Shown piece by piece: positions 1-9,358 of a DNA stretch of 64,000 nucleotides. Location: contig CAKOLW010000001.1 of NCBI GenBank assembly GCA_934096405.1, positions 7,046 through 71,045 of the forward strand, read 5' to 3'. Every line of letters starts with the position of its first letter. The first letter of the stretch is position 1. The notes beneath the pieces are model-generated. The model was not told the DNA's origin, made no database searches, and was given only the letters and a program-made list of their open reading frames with translations. Source of the stretch: an uncultured Bacilli bacterium (GTDB lineage: Bacteria; Bacillota_I; Bacilli_A; RF39; UBA660). The position numbers and the translations under genes were made by a program.

Positions 1-824
1 TTTTCTAAACTATTATCTTCTTCTATTCTATAGACTTTAACATTATTTTTAACTAGCTTTTCATTTAAAGATGCCACTTCTTCATCAGACATATAAACAC
101 TTTCCGATTCACATAAAGAAGGTGAAATATTTTTTAATACATTATGATTATTAACCTTTAACTTAATATGTTTTCTTATAGAATTATTATCTAATTTTTT
201 GGTAATCACTTTATGATTATTTATAAATACAACTTCATCTACAATCTTTTCAATTTCACTAATTAAATGAGAAGAAATAATTATAGTTTTATCATCAAAA
301 TCAAGTAATAAATTTCTTAATTCCTGAATGCCTTTAGGATCTAATCCATTCATGGGTTCATCCAATATTAATATTTCAGGATCTCTTAATAAAGAAATAG
401 CAAGACCTAATCTTTGTTTCATACCTAAAGAATAATGTTTAACAATTTTTTTATCAAACATATCAAGCTTTACTATTTTCATAACTTCTTTAACTCTTTC
501 AAAAGGTACTTCATACAAATAAGCAAAATACCTTAAATTTTCGTAAGCACTCAAGTATTCATAAAAACTAACATAATCTACAATTACACCAATTTTACCA
601 ATTATATTCTTATAATCTTTTCTAATATCATAACCATTAATTATTACCTTTCCTTGAGTTTTATACAAACCAATGATACTTTTAATTAAAGTGCTTTTAC
701 CACTTCCATTAGCACCCACTAATCCATATATTTTACCTTTCTCCAATTTTATATTAACATCACATAAAATATCTTTCCCATTTATTCTCTTATTCACATT
801 TGTAAGTTCAACAACATTTTTCAT
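1..824 (-). CDS. ABC transporter ATP-binding protein (bacitracin/lantibiotic-export type), 3' end runs off window
   Basis: Reverse-strand translation starts MKNVVELTNVNKRINGKDILCDV at 824. It shows Walker A GLVGANGSGKST, ABC signature LSLGMKQRL and Walker B ILILDEP. Open to position 1. Confidence 0.85.
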   Translation of the reverse strand, partial: MKNVVELTNVNKRINGKDILCDVNIKLEKGKIYGLVGANGSGKSTLIKSIIGLYKTQGKVIINGYDIRKDYKNIIGKIGVIVDYVSFYEYLSAYENLRYFAYLYEVPFERVKEVMKIVKLDMFDKKIVKHYSLGMKQRLGLAISLLRDPEILILDEPMNGLDPKGIQELRNLLLDFDDKTIIISSHLISEIEKIVDEVVFINNHKVITKKLDNNSIRKHIKLKVNNHNVLKNISPSLCESESVYMSDEEVASLNEKLVKNNVKVYRIEEDNSLE

Positions 825-1056
825 ATTTATATATAACTTATCTAAAGTTATTTCTCCTTTCACATTCAACTTATCACAAAACAAATAGCCTGTCAAACAG
901 ACCTAAATTTAAATTTTGATTAGTCAATTATTAATTTTAAAATAACTTTTTATTAAGATTGTGAATATATAAAGTACATTTGTCCACTTGTTTTTAAATA
1001 TTGAGATTTCAATTTTTAATTTTGAATCAAAAAATTTCTTTAAAAAAAATGAAAAA

Positions 1057-2031
1057 TTAGTCCAAAACTGCTTTTTCATCTTCAATAATATCTTTAAATT
1101 TTTCTTTAAATTCTATTATGCTTTTCTTTTTAGCATCTTCATACACACTCTTAGTATTCTTAATTGCATAATAAATATGATGTATATTTAAAGTATCTGT
1201 ATTCTCAAATACGGCATTACTATAAGCGTTACCAAGAAGAGCTAATGCTATATCTGGATACCTATTACCAATTTCATATATTCTCCTATATTCATTAGTA
1301 TAATCTACCAAAAATTCAAATATTCTTTCCTTTTGATAATCAGTATATTTCATATGTACTCCAGTTTGCTTTTCAATTTTAGGATATGTCCCCATCAATA
1401 TAGCAACTGTTTCTTTTTGAGTGGGTTCTGCAACTTCAACCTTCTGAAACCTTCTTAAAAACGCACGATCTCTTATTACATAAGCATCATACTCTTCAGT
1501 GGTAGTTGCACCAATCATTTTAATAGTGCCTCTATCAAGCCCAGGTTTTAACATATTAGCAAAATCAACATTTAAATTTGACGTATTTCTACTTACTAAC
1601 AAATGTACCTCATCTATAAACAAAATTATATTTTCTTTGTGCTTCAATTCATCAACTAATATTTGAAGTTTATTTTCTACAACACCATTTTCACTCTGTA
1701 CATTACCAAGTAAACTTGAAACATTAACTTTAATTAAATCATAATTCTCTAACGCCTCAGGCACTTCACCTCTTTGCATTCTATAACCTATACCTTCTAC
1801 AATAGCTGTTTTACCAATACCAGGTTTACCAACTAAAATAGCACTCTTCTCAGGGGTTAATAAAATAAGTAAAGTATCTTTAATTTCTTTATCTCTCCCT
1901 ATCGCGGGATTAGTAACATAGGTTTTAGTTTTTAAATTTTCACCATAAGTTTCTAAAACACTAAATTTCTTATTAATTTCTTGGTTATCATCATTACTAT
2001 CTAAATCTAATATTTCCATATCTTTATCCAT
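1057..2031 (-). CDS. AAA+ ATPase, Clp (ClpA/ClpB) D1-module only
   Basis: [25 protein letters not shown] aligns to ClpB D1 ([25 protein letters not shown]). Walker B ILFIDEVH, sensor GATT and [12 protein letters not shown] arginine finger are present. Only 324 aa with no N-domain, M-domain or D2. Confidence 0.7.
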   Translation of the reverse strand: [324 protein letters not shown]

Positions 2032-2144
2032 AATATTGTATCACCTATTAACATTATAATATAAATATTAAAAATTTCCTAACAATTTTATAATTTATTT
2101 ACAAAAATAAAAAGTTTTCTGATATAATACTATTAGAATTAAGG

Positions 2145-3695
2145 GTGTTAAAAATGAGCAAAAAAAGAAAATATAGAAAAAATAAAGGAAATTTTCAACT
2201 TAATAACCCAGATATTAATATTGAAAAACCTAAAATAAATCAAATTAATGAGCCATTTCCAATAAAAAATATTGATATCATTCCAAATACTATTAGTGAT
2301 AAAAATAAAGAAACAATTTATAGACTAAATGAAAGAACAGTCAAAGACAATAAAATTAAAAGAGCAATTTTATCATTATTACCTATAATATTTTTACTAA
2401 TAATTACTATATTTATAATAATATTTGGAACACCAAAAATAAATAATGTTGAAATAAGTGAGAAAATAAATGGAGATAACACAAAAACTATAACAATGTA
2501 CATACATAATCCATTTCAAATGCCAGTTACATGCGCAATTGAAAATAAAGAGGAAACAAGTAAGGATACAAAATGGATTAAAAGTTATGATAATAAATGT
2601 ACATTCAATGTAAATTCAGGAAGTTACTATTTATTTATTAAAGATAAACACAACAAAATAACAAAATTTAAAACTAACAATGTAAAAATAAACAAAATAA
2701 TAGATTTAACTTTAAATACTGATTTGATTTATCTAACACTTGGCGAAACATATACAATAAAAAGTGAAATTACGTCAATTGGAGAAGTAGATGAAAGAAT
2801 TAGCTATGAAAGTACTAACCCTGAAATAGCAACTGTGGAAGATGGTGTAGTCACACCAACTGGAAATGGAAAAACAGAAATAATCGTTAAAACAAGTTCG
2901 AATATAGAAAAAAAAGTTAATGTTATAGTAACTGATTTATATAAAAAAGCAAGTCAAGAGAACAATAAAACAAAATTACCATGCAAAATATATAATAATA
3001 CACAAGCAGAAATGATAGATAAAATATTAGAATATAAAATTAATCAAGCAGGTTATAAAACAAGAGGTGCAGTAGTTGCAGCAGCAAGATTTATAGTTTT
3101 AGAATTTCCTTATAAAGTACCATATTTTTTTGAAAACGGAAGACTTAATAATTATGATGGAAAAAACTATGTAGATGGTGAAGGAAGATACTATAAAAAA
3201 GGTATGTATTTAAGTGAAGAAAAATTTTCGACAATAAAGGCTACATTTTCTGGCCCAGCTATATGGGGTTGTCCATTAATGAATTATCAAGATGAATATG
3301 GTTTTGTTCCTTATCAAAAGTATCCAAATGGACTAGACTGCAGTGGTTTTGTAACATGGACTTTATACAATGCAGGCTTTGATGTAGGAGATTCAGGTGC
3401 AGGTGATACATACAGAGATGATGACATTGGTGATTTAGGAATTAAACATGAATTAACCAAAGATTTTATTTACAATGGTTCATACAAAGTTGGAGATTTA
3501 ATTGGTAGAGATGGACACATTGCTATTATCGCAGGAATTGATGATGAAAATATCTACATAGCAGAAAGCCTTGTAGGTGGTGTCGTAATAAAAGAATTTG
3601 CAAAAAACGGATATCAATTATATAACTTATATGGATTTATAAATACAATGGATGAAGTATATGAAAAAGAAGGAGTTTATACCAATATGTGGTAA
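2145..3695 (+). CDS. membrane-anchored cell-wall hydrolase: Big_2 Ig-like domain + C-terminal NlpC/P60 peptidase
   Basis: N-terminal TM helix (ILSLLPIIFLLIITIFIIIF). Big_2-like segment LTLGETYTIKSEITSIGEVDERISYESTNPEIATVEDGVVTP. NlpC/P60 Cys in LDCSGFVTW and His in DGHIAIIAG. Confidence 0.75.
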   Translation: MLKMSKKRKYRKNKGNFQLNNPDINIEKPKINQINEPFPIKNIDIIPNTISDKNKETIYRLNERTVKDNKIKRAILSLLPIIFLLIITIFIIIFGTPKINNVEISEKINGDNTKTITMYIHNPFQMPVTCAIENKEETSKDTKWIKSYDNKCTFNVNSGSYYLFIKDKHNKITKFKTNNVKINKIIDLTLNTDLIYLTLGETYTIKSEITSIGEVDERISYESTNPEIATVEDGVVTPTGNGKTEIIVKTSSNIEKKVNVIVTDLYKKASQENNKTKLPCKIYNNTQAEMIDKILEYKINQAGYKTRGAVVAAARFIVLEFPYKVPYFFENGRLNNYDGKNYVDGEGRYYKKGMYLSEEKFSTIKATFSGPAIWGCPLMNYQDEYGFVPYQKYPNGLDCSGFVTWTLYNAGFDVGDSGAGDTYRDDDIGDLGIKHELTKDFIYNGSYKVGDLIGRDGHIAIIAGIDDENIYIAESLVGGVVIKEFAKNGYQLYNLYGFINTMDEVYEKEGVYTNMW

Positions 3696-3708
3696 AACTC
3701 CTTTTTAA

Positions 3709-4173
3709 TTAAAACTTACAAGTTTCTTGTATTTGATCCATACCTTCTTTTAAAGTAGATTTAATATTAACTATTTCTTTATTTTCAGTAAATAAATTTG
3801 TTTCTCCATCATAGCTAACCCTGATATTATAAGTTATTTCATAGTTATTACCATTAATAAAATCTACATCAAATATATTTGAATTAATTCTCTCAATTCT
3901 AATAGGTTCTTTATTTAACCATTTATCAAGTATTATATAATAATCTACATTGCTTTTATTAATTCCATCATAATTATAATAATCTACAAATTGGAATGTT
4001 TCTGTATAGGTACATTCTTTAACAAAACCTTTATCTTCAATAACTAAGTTTTCATTTTTCTTTAAATCATTTACTTCATTTTGTAATTTATTATTTTTTT
4101 TATATAAAAGTATAATAAAAGTAAACATACAAACACATAATGAACCCAAAGTAATTACACCTATTCTTTTCAC
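3709..4173 (-). CDS. hypothetical membrane-anchored protein
   Basis: ORF of 154 aa with N-terminal hydrophobic anchor (VITLGSLCVCMFTFIILLY). No recognisable motif. Confidence 0.4.
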   Translation of the reverse strand: MKRIGVITLGSLCVCMFTFIILLYKKNNKLQNEVNDLKKNENLVIEDKGFVKECTYTETFQFVDYYNYDGINKSNVDYYIILDKWLNKEPIRIERINSNIFDVDFINGNNYEITYNIRVSYDGETNLFTENKEIVNIKSTLKEGMDQIQETCKF

Positions 4174-4312
4174 ACAACCACACTCCTTAATCTAACTTTA
4201 TGTTAACATAATATTAAATAATAAGCAATAAATACCATATTTAAATTTTTTTCATTTTAGTATTGACTTTGCATAAGATATATTATAAAATTATAAATGT
4301 TCAAAGCAAATT

Positions 4313-4388
4313 GCCCGTTTAGCTCAGTCGGTAGAGCGCACGGCTGTTAACCGTTAGGTCGCAGGTTCGAGTCCTGCAACGGGCGCCA
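4313..4388 (+). tRNA. tRNA-Asn (anticodon GTT)
   Basis: 76-nt cloverleaf. Acceptor GCCCGTT pairs with AACGGGC. D-arm GCTC/GAGC. Anticodon loop CTGTTAA gives GTT. T-arm GCAGG TTCGAGT CCTGC. 3' GCCA. Confidence 0.9.
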
Positions 4389-4610
4389 TCTTGAGTAATA
4401 AATCTCAGAAATGAGGTTTTTTTATATACAACCTAACAAAAAGCCTTGCTTTTTTTAAAAAAAGTATTTACAAATCATCAAAAATGTAGTATTATTAAGT
4501 TGTTCCCGACAGGGAATAAATATTCACAAATGTGTTCAACACACGCAAAGCTCGGTATTCCGGGCTTTTATTATGTATTGAAAAACTCAGATTAAATCTG
4601 AGTTTAATTT

Positions 4611-5150
4611 TTAATAATTATTTGCTCTTCTTTCTTGATAAGCCTTTCCATGTTTACAAATAGGACAAACTTCTAATGCTTCTTTACTTCTATAAACATG
4701 ACCACAATTTCTACAAATCCAAATAGTCTCCTCTTCATTTTTGAAAACCATATCTTCTTCAACACTATTTAAAAGAGTTAAATATCTTTCTTCATGTTCT
4801 TTTTCTATTGCGCCCACTCCTTCAAATAAATCAGCAATTTCATTAAATCCTTCTTCTCTAGCAGTTTCTGCAAATTCTTTATACATACTAGTCCATTCAT
4901 AATTTTCTCCACTAGCAGCATCTTTTAAGTTTTCACTAGTACTAGGTACTTTACCATCATGTAAAGCTTTAAACCATAACTTAGCATGTTCTTTTTCATT
5001 ATTAGCTGTTTCCTCGAAAATAGATGCTATTTGTTCAAAACCATCTTTCTTAGCTTGACTAGCATAAAATGTATATTTATTTCTAGCTTGACTTTCTCCA
5101 GCAAAAGCTGTCATTAAATTTTGTTCTGTTTTACTTCCTTTTAATTCCAT
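4611..5150 (-). CDS. rbr: rubrerythrin
   Basis: Ferritin-like diiron domain ([34 protein letters not shown]) plus C-terminal rubredoxin-like CRNCGHV...CPICKH. Likely start is MELKGSK at 5150, preceded by GGAGGT. Confidence 0.9.
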   Translation of the reverse strand: MELKGSKTEQNLMTAFAGESQARNKYTFYASQAKKDGFEQIASIFEETANNEKEHAKLWFKALHDGKVPSTSENLKDAASGENYEWTSMYKEFAETAREEGFNEIADLFEGVGAIEKEHEERYLTLLNSVEEDMVFKNEEETIWICRNCGHVYRSKEALEVCPICKHGKAYQERRANNY

Positions 5151-5241
5151 AATTTTACCTCCATTACTAATTAAGTATATCATACAATAAATAATAAATA
5201 AACTGATAAAAGAATAAAATTATATGAAAGAGTGTGATTAA

Positions 5242-5610
5242 ATGGAAGATTTATTTGATTTAAATCCTAAAGTATCTACTGCAATATGTGTACTAATCGC
5301 ATATCTTTTAATAGATGATTATAATACTTCTGAACAAAATGCTATTGGAAACTGGTTAATGCTTATTGCACAAACACTAATCACTAATGCTTCGAGTCAA
5401 GCTGTTATAGAAAGAAGAGTTCAAAAGAACACTTTAAATATTAATTCTTCCAAAATAAAAGGAGCTTACAGCCCACTTTTATATAATATAGAATGCACTA
5501 GAGAAATTATAAAAGAAATTAGTCCTGATATGCTTTCTAATGCTATAAATAATGTTAAATCTAAACTTGATGAAATCGATGACTTTTTTTCACATCATCA
5601 CCCAAACTAA
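5242..5610 (+). CDS. hypothetical protein
   Basis: ORF of 122 aa with no recognisable motif. Convergent with the CotF-like gene. Confidence 0.35.
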   Translation: MEDLFDLNPKVSTAICVLIAYLLIDDYNTSEQNAIGNWLMLIAQTLITNASSQAVIERRVQKNTLNINSSKIKGAYSPLLYNIECTREIIKEISPDMLSNAINNVKSKLDEIDDFFSHHHPN

Positions 5611-5912
5611 AGTTGACTTAACTTATCATTATATTCTTTATATGCTTGACATATTTTATTTTCTTCAGCAGTTTCTAAAGTATACCAACCATTTTGAAAA
5701 GCAATACAGTACGCTTCTCTAGCTAGTTCCTTTGTATCTTTAAAAATATCAAAAATTTCCTTAAATAACACTTTATTACTCATTTCGTTTAAAGCAATAC
5801 TTAAATTATTACTCATATTCTTTTCTGTCTCCAATATATCATTAAGAATATCTTGATCATTTAATTCTATACTATTTTCTACTTCTACTTTTTCATTTTT
5901 AATCTTTGACAT
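5607..5912 (-). CDS. spore coat protein, Coat-F (CotF/YraF-like) domain
   Basis: DQDILNDILETEKNMSNNLSIALNE matches the Coat F domain signature (DxxILNDLLxxEK). Confidence 0.5.
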   Translation of the reverse strand: MSKIKNEKVEVENSIELNDQDILNDILETEKNMSNNLSIALNEMSNKVLFKEIFDIFKDTKELAREAYCIAFQNGWYTLETAEENKICQAYKEYNDKLSQL

Positions 5913-5921
5913 AAATCTCTC

Positions 5922-6119
5922 CTATTCTAAAATTTCTAACAATTTTTCATAATGTTCTTTATGTTTTTTACTAATCTTTTTTATAAATGATTTAATTTCT
6001 TTATCATTTACCAAATCTTCAAAATGATTAGCTTTTTTTACTAATACAAACTCCCAGTTCATTATATCTTTTATATAAGATAAATCTTTGGTTGAAATAA
6101 TATTAGGTACTTCATTCAT
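5922..6119 (-). CDS. small hypothetical protein, possible YraG-like partner of the CotF-like gene
   Basis: ORF of 65 aa immediately upstream and co-directional with the CotF-like gene, separated by 10 nt. Confidence 0.3.
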   Translation of the reverse strand: MNEVPNIISTKDLSYIKDIMNWEFVLVKKANHFEDLVNDKEIKSFIKKISKKHKEHYEKLLEILE

Positions 6120-6239
6120 TTTTTATCACCTCATTATTATGATTAACTTATTTATTAAAATTACAATAGAAAATATTGTTAATATAATTTTAGAGATTTT
6201 ACATATAATATAAATGTTAATAATAAAATTTTAAAAACA

Positions 6240-6281
6240 TTAGCACTCTTTGTTGACAAGTGCTAATAAAAGTGGTATTAT
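6240..6281 (+). promoter_or_regulatory. CIRCE (HrcA operator) overlapping a sigma-A-type promoter upstream of hsp20
   Basis: TTAGCACTC-TTTGTTGAC-AAGTGCTAA at 6240-6266 matches the consensus TTAGCACTC-N9-GAGTGCTAA at 17 of 18 arm positions. TTGACA (6253-6258), a 17-nt spacer and TATTAT (6276-6281) sit inside and after the operator. Confidence 0.7.
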
Positions 6282-6304
6282 TAACAATGTAAGGAGATGA
6301 TATT

Positions 6305-6694
6305 ATGAGTTTATTACCAGGAAGATTTTATTTAGATGATTTCTTTGATGATCTTGACTCAGATAAAAAAGTTATGAACATGAATTGTGATATTTACGAG
6401 AAAGAAGGAAAATGTAATATTCTTGTAGAAGCACCAGGATTTAACAAAAAAGACATTAAAATGTCAGTTAATAATGGTTACCTTACTATAGAAGCAACTA
6501 GAAAAGAAAATAATGATGAAAAAGATAAACATTACATTAAAAAAGAAAGATTTTATGGTTCATGTAAAAGAAGCTTTTATATCGGAGATGTAAATACAGA
6601 AGAAATAAATGCTAAGTTTGAAGATGGAATTTTACATATCGTAGTTCCAAAAGAAAACAAAGAAAATGGTAAAAAATACATTGATATAAATTAA
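6305..6694 (+). CDS. Hsp20/alpha-crystallin family small heat-shock protein
   Basis: Alpha-crystallin domain (DIYEKEGKCNILVEAPGFNKKDIKMSV...GILHIVVPK). 129 aa. AGGAGA RBS. Confidence 0.9.
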   Translation: MSLLPGRFYLDDFFDDLDSDKKVMNMNCDIYEKEGKCNILVEAPGFNKKDIKMSVNNGYLTIEATRKENNDEKDKHYIKKERFYGSCKRSFYIGDVNTEEINAKFEDGILHIVVPKENKENGKKYIDIN

Positions 6695-6767
6695 AAGTTT
6701 AGGATTTAATTCCTAAACCTTTTTTAATATAATTAAATTTTTAGTCAAACATTAAAGTCTACTGAAA

Positions 6768-8492
6768 TTAAACATCTTTTTTTAATTCTTTATTTTTCTC
6801 TTCTTCTTCAAGAGTCTTGTAAGCGATTTTACCTATATTAGTTCTAGGTAATTCATCTCTAAATTCATATTCATAAGGTAAACTATATTTAGGTAAATAT
6901 TCTCTACATAAATCCTTAATTTCTTTTTTAACTTTATCTTTAAAAATCACATCTTTATTTAAAGTAATAAATGCCTTAGCAACATACATTTTATAAGGAT
7001 GTGGTTTAGATACAACACACACTTCTTTTACCAAAGGATGTTTACTAATAACACTTTCTATTTGACTAGGATAAACATTATAACCAGATGATACAATAAT
7101 TCTTTTTAATCTTTGACTAAAATAAACAAAACCATTTTCATCCATTTTACCCATATCCCCAGTTCTAAGCCATAAATTCTTTTTATCTTTCAAAAATACT
7201 TTTTTATTTTCTTCAGGGTCATTTAAATAACCAATCATTACATTTGGACCATTAATTATAATTTCTCCAACTTCATTAGCATCCAACACTTCTAAAGTTT
7301 CTGGATTAATAATTCTATAATTCATATCTTGACATGGTATCCCAATGCTTTCTTTAGGTTGTATTTTTCTAGGCATTAATGTACTAGGTCCACTTCCTTC
7401 AGTAAGACCATATCCTACCCTCGCGGTTGCATTAGAGCCATGACTTTTCATAAACTTATCAACACTTTTTTTAAGTTGGTCTGTTAATACATCACCACCA
7501 ACAATAATATCTTTAACAAATGATAAATCCATATCTTTAATACTTTCATCATTAATCATAGTTTCCAAAAGTGAAGGTACTCCCACAACAAAATTAGGTT
7601 TATATTGTTTAATTAATCTAGCAAATTTCTTATAATTAAATATAGGTATAAGAGTACACTTAACACCCTTACTAAGTGGAGTATGAATACATACATCTAA
7701 ACCAAAAGCATGAAATACAGGCATAATGGTTAATATAGAATCTCCTGGTCCAGCTGGTTCAATCATACTACCTGTTTGCATGGTAGGTGCATTAAAATTC
7801 TTATTAGATAAAATAATACCTTTAGGTTTACCACTAGTTCCACCACTAAACATTATTACAGCTGGATCATCAGTATCTCTTTTGTAAATGAATTTTCCAT
7901 CATATAAATAACCAAAATCAATAAAGTCATTCCAACTTATAATAAAATCTTTTTCGTAAGGTACTTTTACTTTCTTTTGTGTTAAATTATAAACAGTTTT
8001 AACTATCTTATTCATCTTATTACTTGGACTCATTACAACTATTTTATCAATAAAAGTATTACTTCTAATTTCAAGAACTTTATCTAATGTAACATCTATT
8101 GTAAAAACATATTTACTATTAGTCATACATAAATAATTTTCTATTTCTTTAACAGCACTTAAAGGATGAATCATATTAGAAACAGCACCAACCATATTAA
8201 CAGCATAAAATAATATAATTGCTTCAGGAATGTTAGGTGAAATAATAGTAACTATATCATCTTTTTTAACACCTAATTCTTTTAGTCCTCTGGCTGCTTC
8301 TTCTATTTCTAATTTAAACTTTTTAAAAGATACTTTAGTCCCATAATATTCATATGCCGGACTATTAGGATATTTATCAATATTTTCTAACATAAACTCC
8401 CATAACATTTTATTAGGATATTTAAATGTTTTAGGTACACCCTTATCATAAAAATCAACCCAAGGCTTAATATTTGTATTTTGTAGTTTCAC
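6768..8492 (-). CDS. AMP-dependent synthetase/ligase (acyl-CoA ligase)
   Basis: AMP-binding motif FSGGTSGKPKGI. Typical acyl-CoA synthetase architecture, 574 aa. Confidence 0.85.
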   Translation of the reverse strand: MKLQNTNIKPWVDFYDKGVPKTFKYPNKMLWEFMLENIDKYPNSPAYEYYGTKVSFKKFKLEIEEAARGLKELGVKKDDIVTIISPNIPEAIILFYAVNMVGAVSNMIHPLSAVKEIENYLCMTNSKYVFTIDVTLDKVLEIRSNTFIDKIVVMSPSNKMNKIVKTVYNLTQKKVKVPYEKDFIISWNDFIDFGYLYDGKFIYKRDTDDPAVIMFSGGTSGKPKGIILSNKNFNAPTMQTGSMIEPAGPGDSILTIMPVFHAFGLDVCIHTPLSKGVKCTLIPIFNYKKFARLIKQYKPNFVVGVPSLLETMINDESIKDMDLSFVKDIIVGGDVLTDQLKKSVDKFMKSHGSNATARVGYGLTEGSGPSTLMPRKIQPKESIGIPCQDMNYRIINPETLEVLDANEVGEIIINGPNVMIGYLNDPEENKKVFLKDKKNLWLRTGDMGKMDENGFVYFSQRLKRIIVSSGYNVYPSQIESVISKHPLVKEVCVVSKPHPYKMYVAKAFITLNKDVIFKDKVKKEIKDLCREYLPKYSLPYEYEFRDELPRTNIGKIAYKTLEEEEKNKELKKDV

Positions 8493-9336
8493 TTATCTTA
8501 TCACTCACTTTCTCCTCTAATAATTTAGGATCATTTAGTATATCCTGCATTAATTTAACTGATTTAATAAAGTATACACCATCAGCTATTCTCTCATCTA
8601 TATTAATTCCAAATTCACACATTTTTCTAACTTCTTGTTTACCATTCCTAAGTACTAGTTCATCTTTAATTTCTCCAATAGTACATAAAATAGAATTAGT
8701 ACCAAAGTCTGTAAGATTATGATATATTGCACTACTTTTAATACTACCTAAATTAGAAACAATAACAGAACTATAATATATATTCTCATCAGTAAAACTT
8801 TTAGGTAATAAATCATGTCTATCCATAAATTTTATTATACCTATAACAATACCCAATATAAATTTAGGTAACTTACCAACTATACTAACTATACTATTAG
8901 TACTTTGTTCCTCATCTTTTCTAATTCTACTTACTGACTTTTTAAACTTCTTCTTTAAACTGTCTAAATTATCATTCTTATCTATTAAAATTAAACTCAT
9001 CATTTCTTTAGCTTCATCTTCATAATTAACTTTAGCAACAAATCCAATAGAAACATCTTTCTTATCATAATGAGCCTTATTAATAACAAATCTATTTAAA
9101 AGTGGTCTATTATATATAGTCTTCCCTATTAATGTTACAAACGCATGAAAATAAGTCAAATCATTATCATTCTTTTTCTTATCTTCAATATATTTAACTA
9201 ATTCCGTAACATCCATCTTTTGATTAATATATACATCACTATCACATCTATTTGGTTTTAAATGTATCATTATTTTATGCATAGCATCTACATTTTTAAC
9301 TAATTTAGCATCTCTTCTATCTCCCATATCATTCAC
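8467..9336 (-). CDS. 2-oxoacid dehydrogenase E2-type (CAT-fold) acyltransferase catalytic-domain protein, stand-alone
   Basis: SNLGSIKSSAIYHNLTDFGTNSILCTIGEI...FGINIDERIADGVYFIKSVKLMQDILNDP aligns to E2 SNLGMFG...LSLSYDHRVIDGA...LxNP. Glu occupies the catalytic His position. Confidence 0.6.
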   Translation of the reverse strand: MNDMGDRRDAKLVKNVDAMHKIMIHLKPNRCDSDVYINQKMDVTELVKYIEDKKKNDNDLTYFHAFVTLIGKTIYNRPLLNRFVINKAHYDKKDVSIGFVAKVNYEDEAKEMMSLILIDKNDNLDSLKKKFKKSVSRIRKDEEQSTNSIVSIVGKLPKFILGIVIGIIKFMDRHDLLPKSFTDENIYYSSVIVSNLGSIKSSAIYHNLTDFGTNSILCTIGEIKDELVLRNGKQEVRKMCEFGINIDERIADGVYFIKSVKLMQDILNDPKLLEEKVSDKISETTKYKY

Positions 9337-9358
9337 CCATATATTATTATACTAAATT

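Noticed and set aside
673-1191. Two short plus-strand ORFs (673..888, 988..1191)
   Set aside because: The first is antisense to the ABC ATPase. The second overlaps the 3' end of the Clp-like gene. Both are low-complexity.
2318-2503. 61-aa minus ORF inside the NlpC/P60 gene; likewise 8474..8722, 16299..16595, 20925..21116, 28056..28307, 51540..51722, 55249..55536, 57937..58158, 59841..60026, 60051..60278
   Set aside because: Each is embedded antisense in, or overlapping, a strongly supported gene. Hydrophobic low-complexity translations expected from AT-rich antisense frames.
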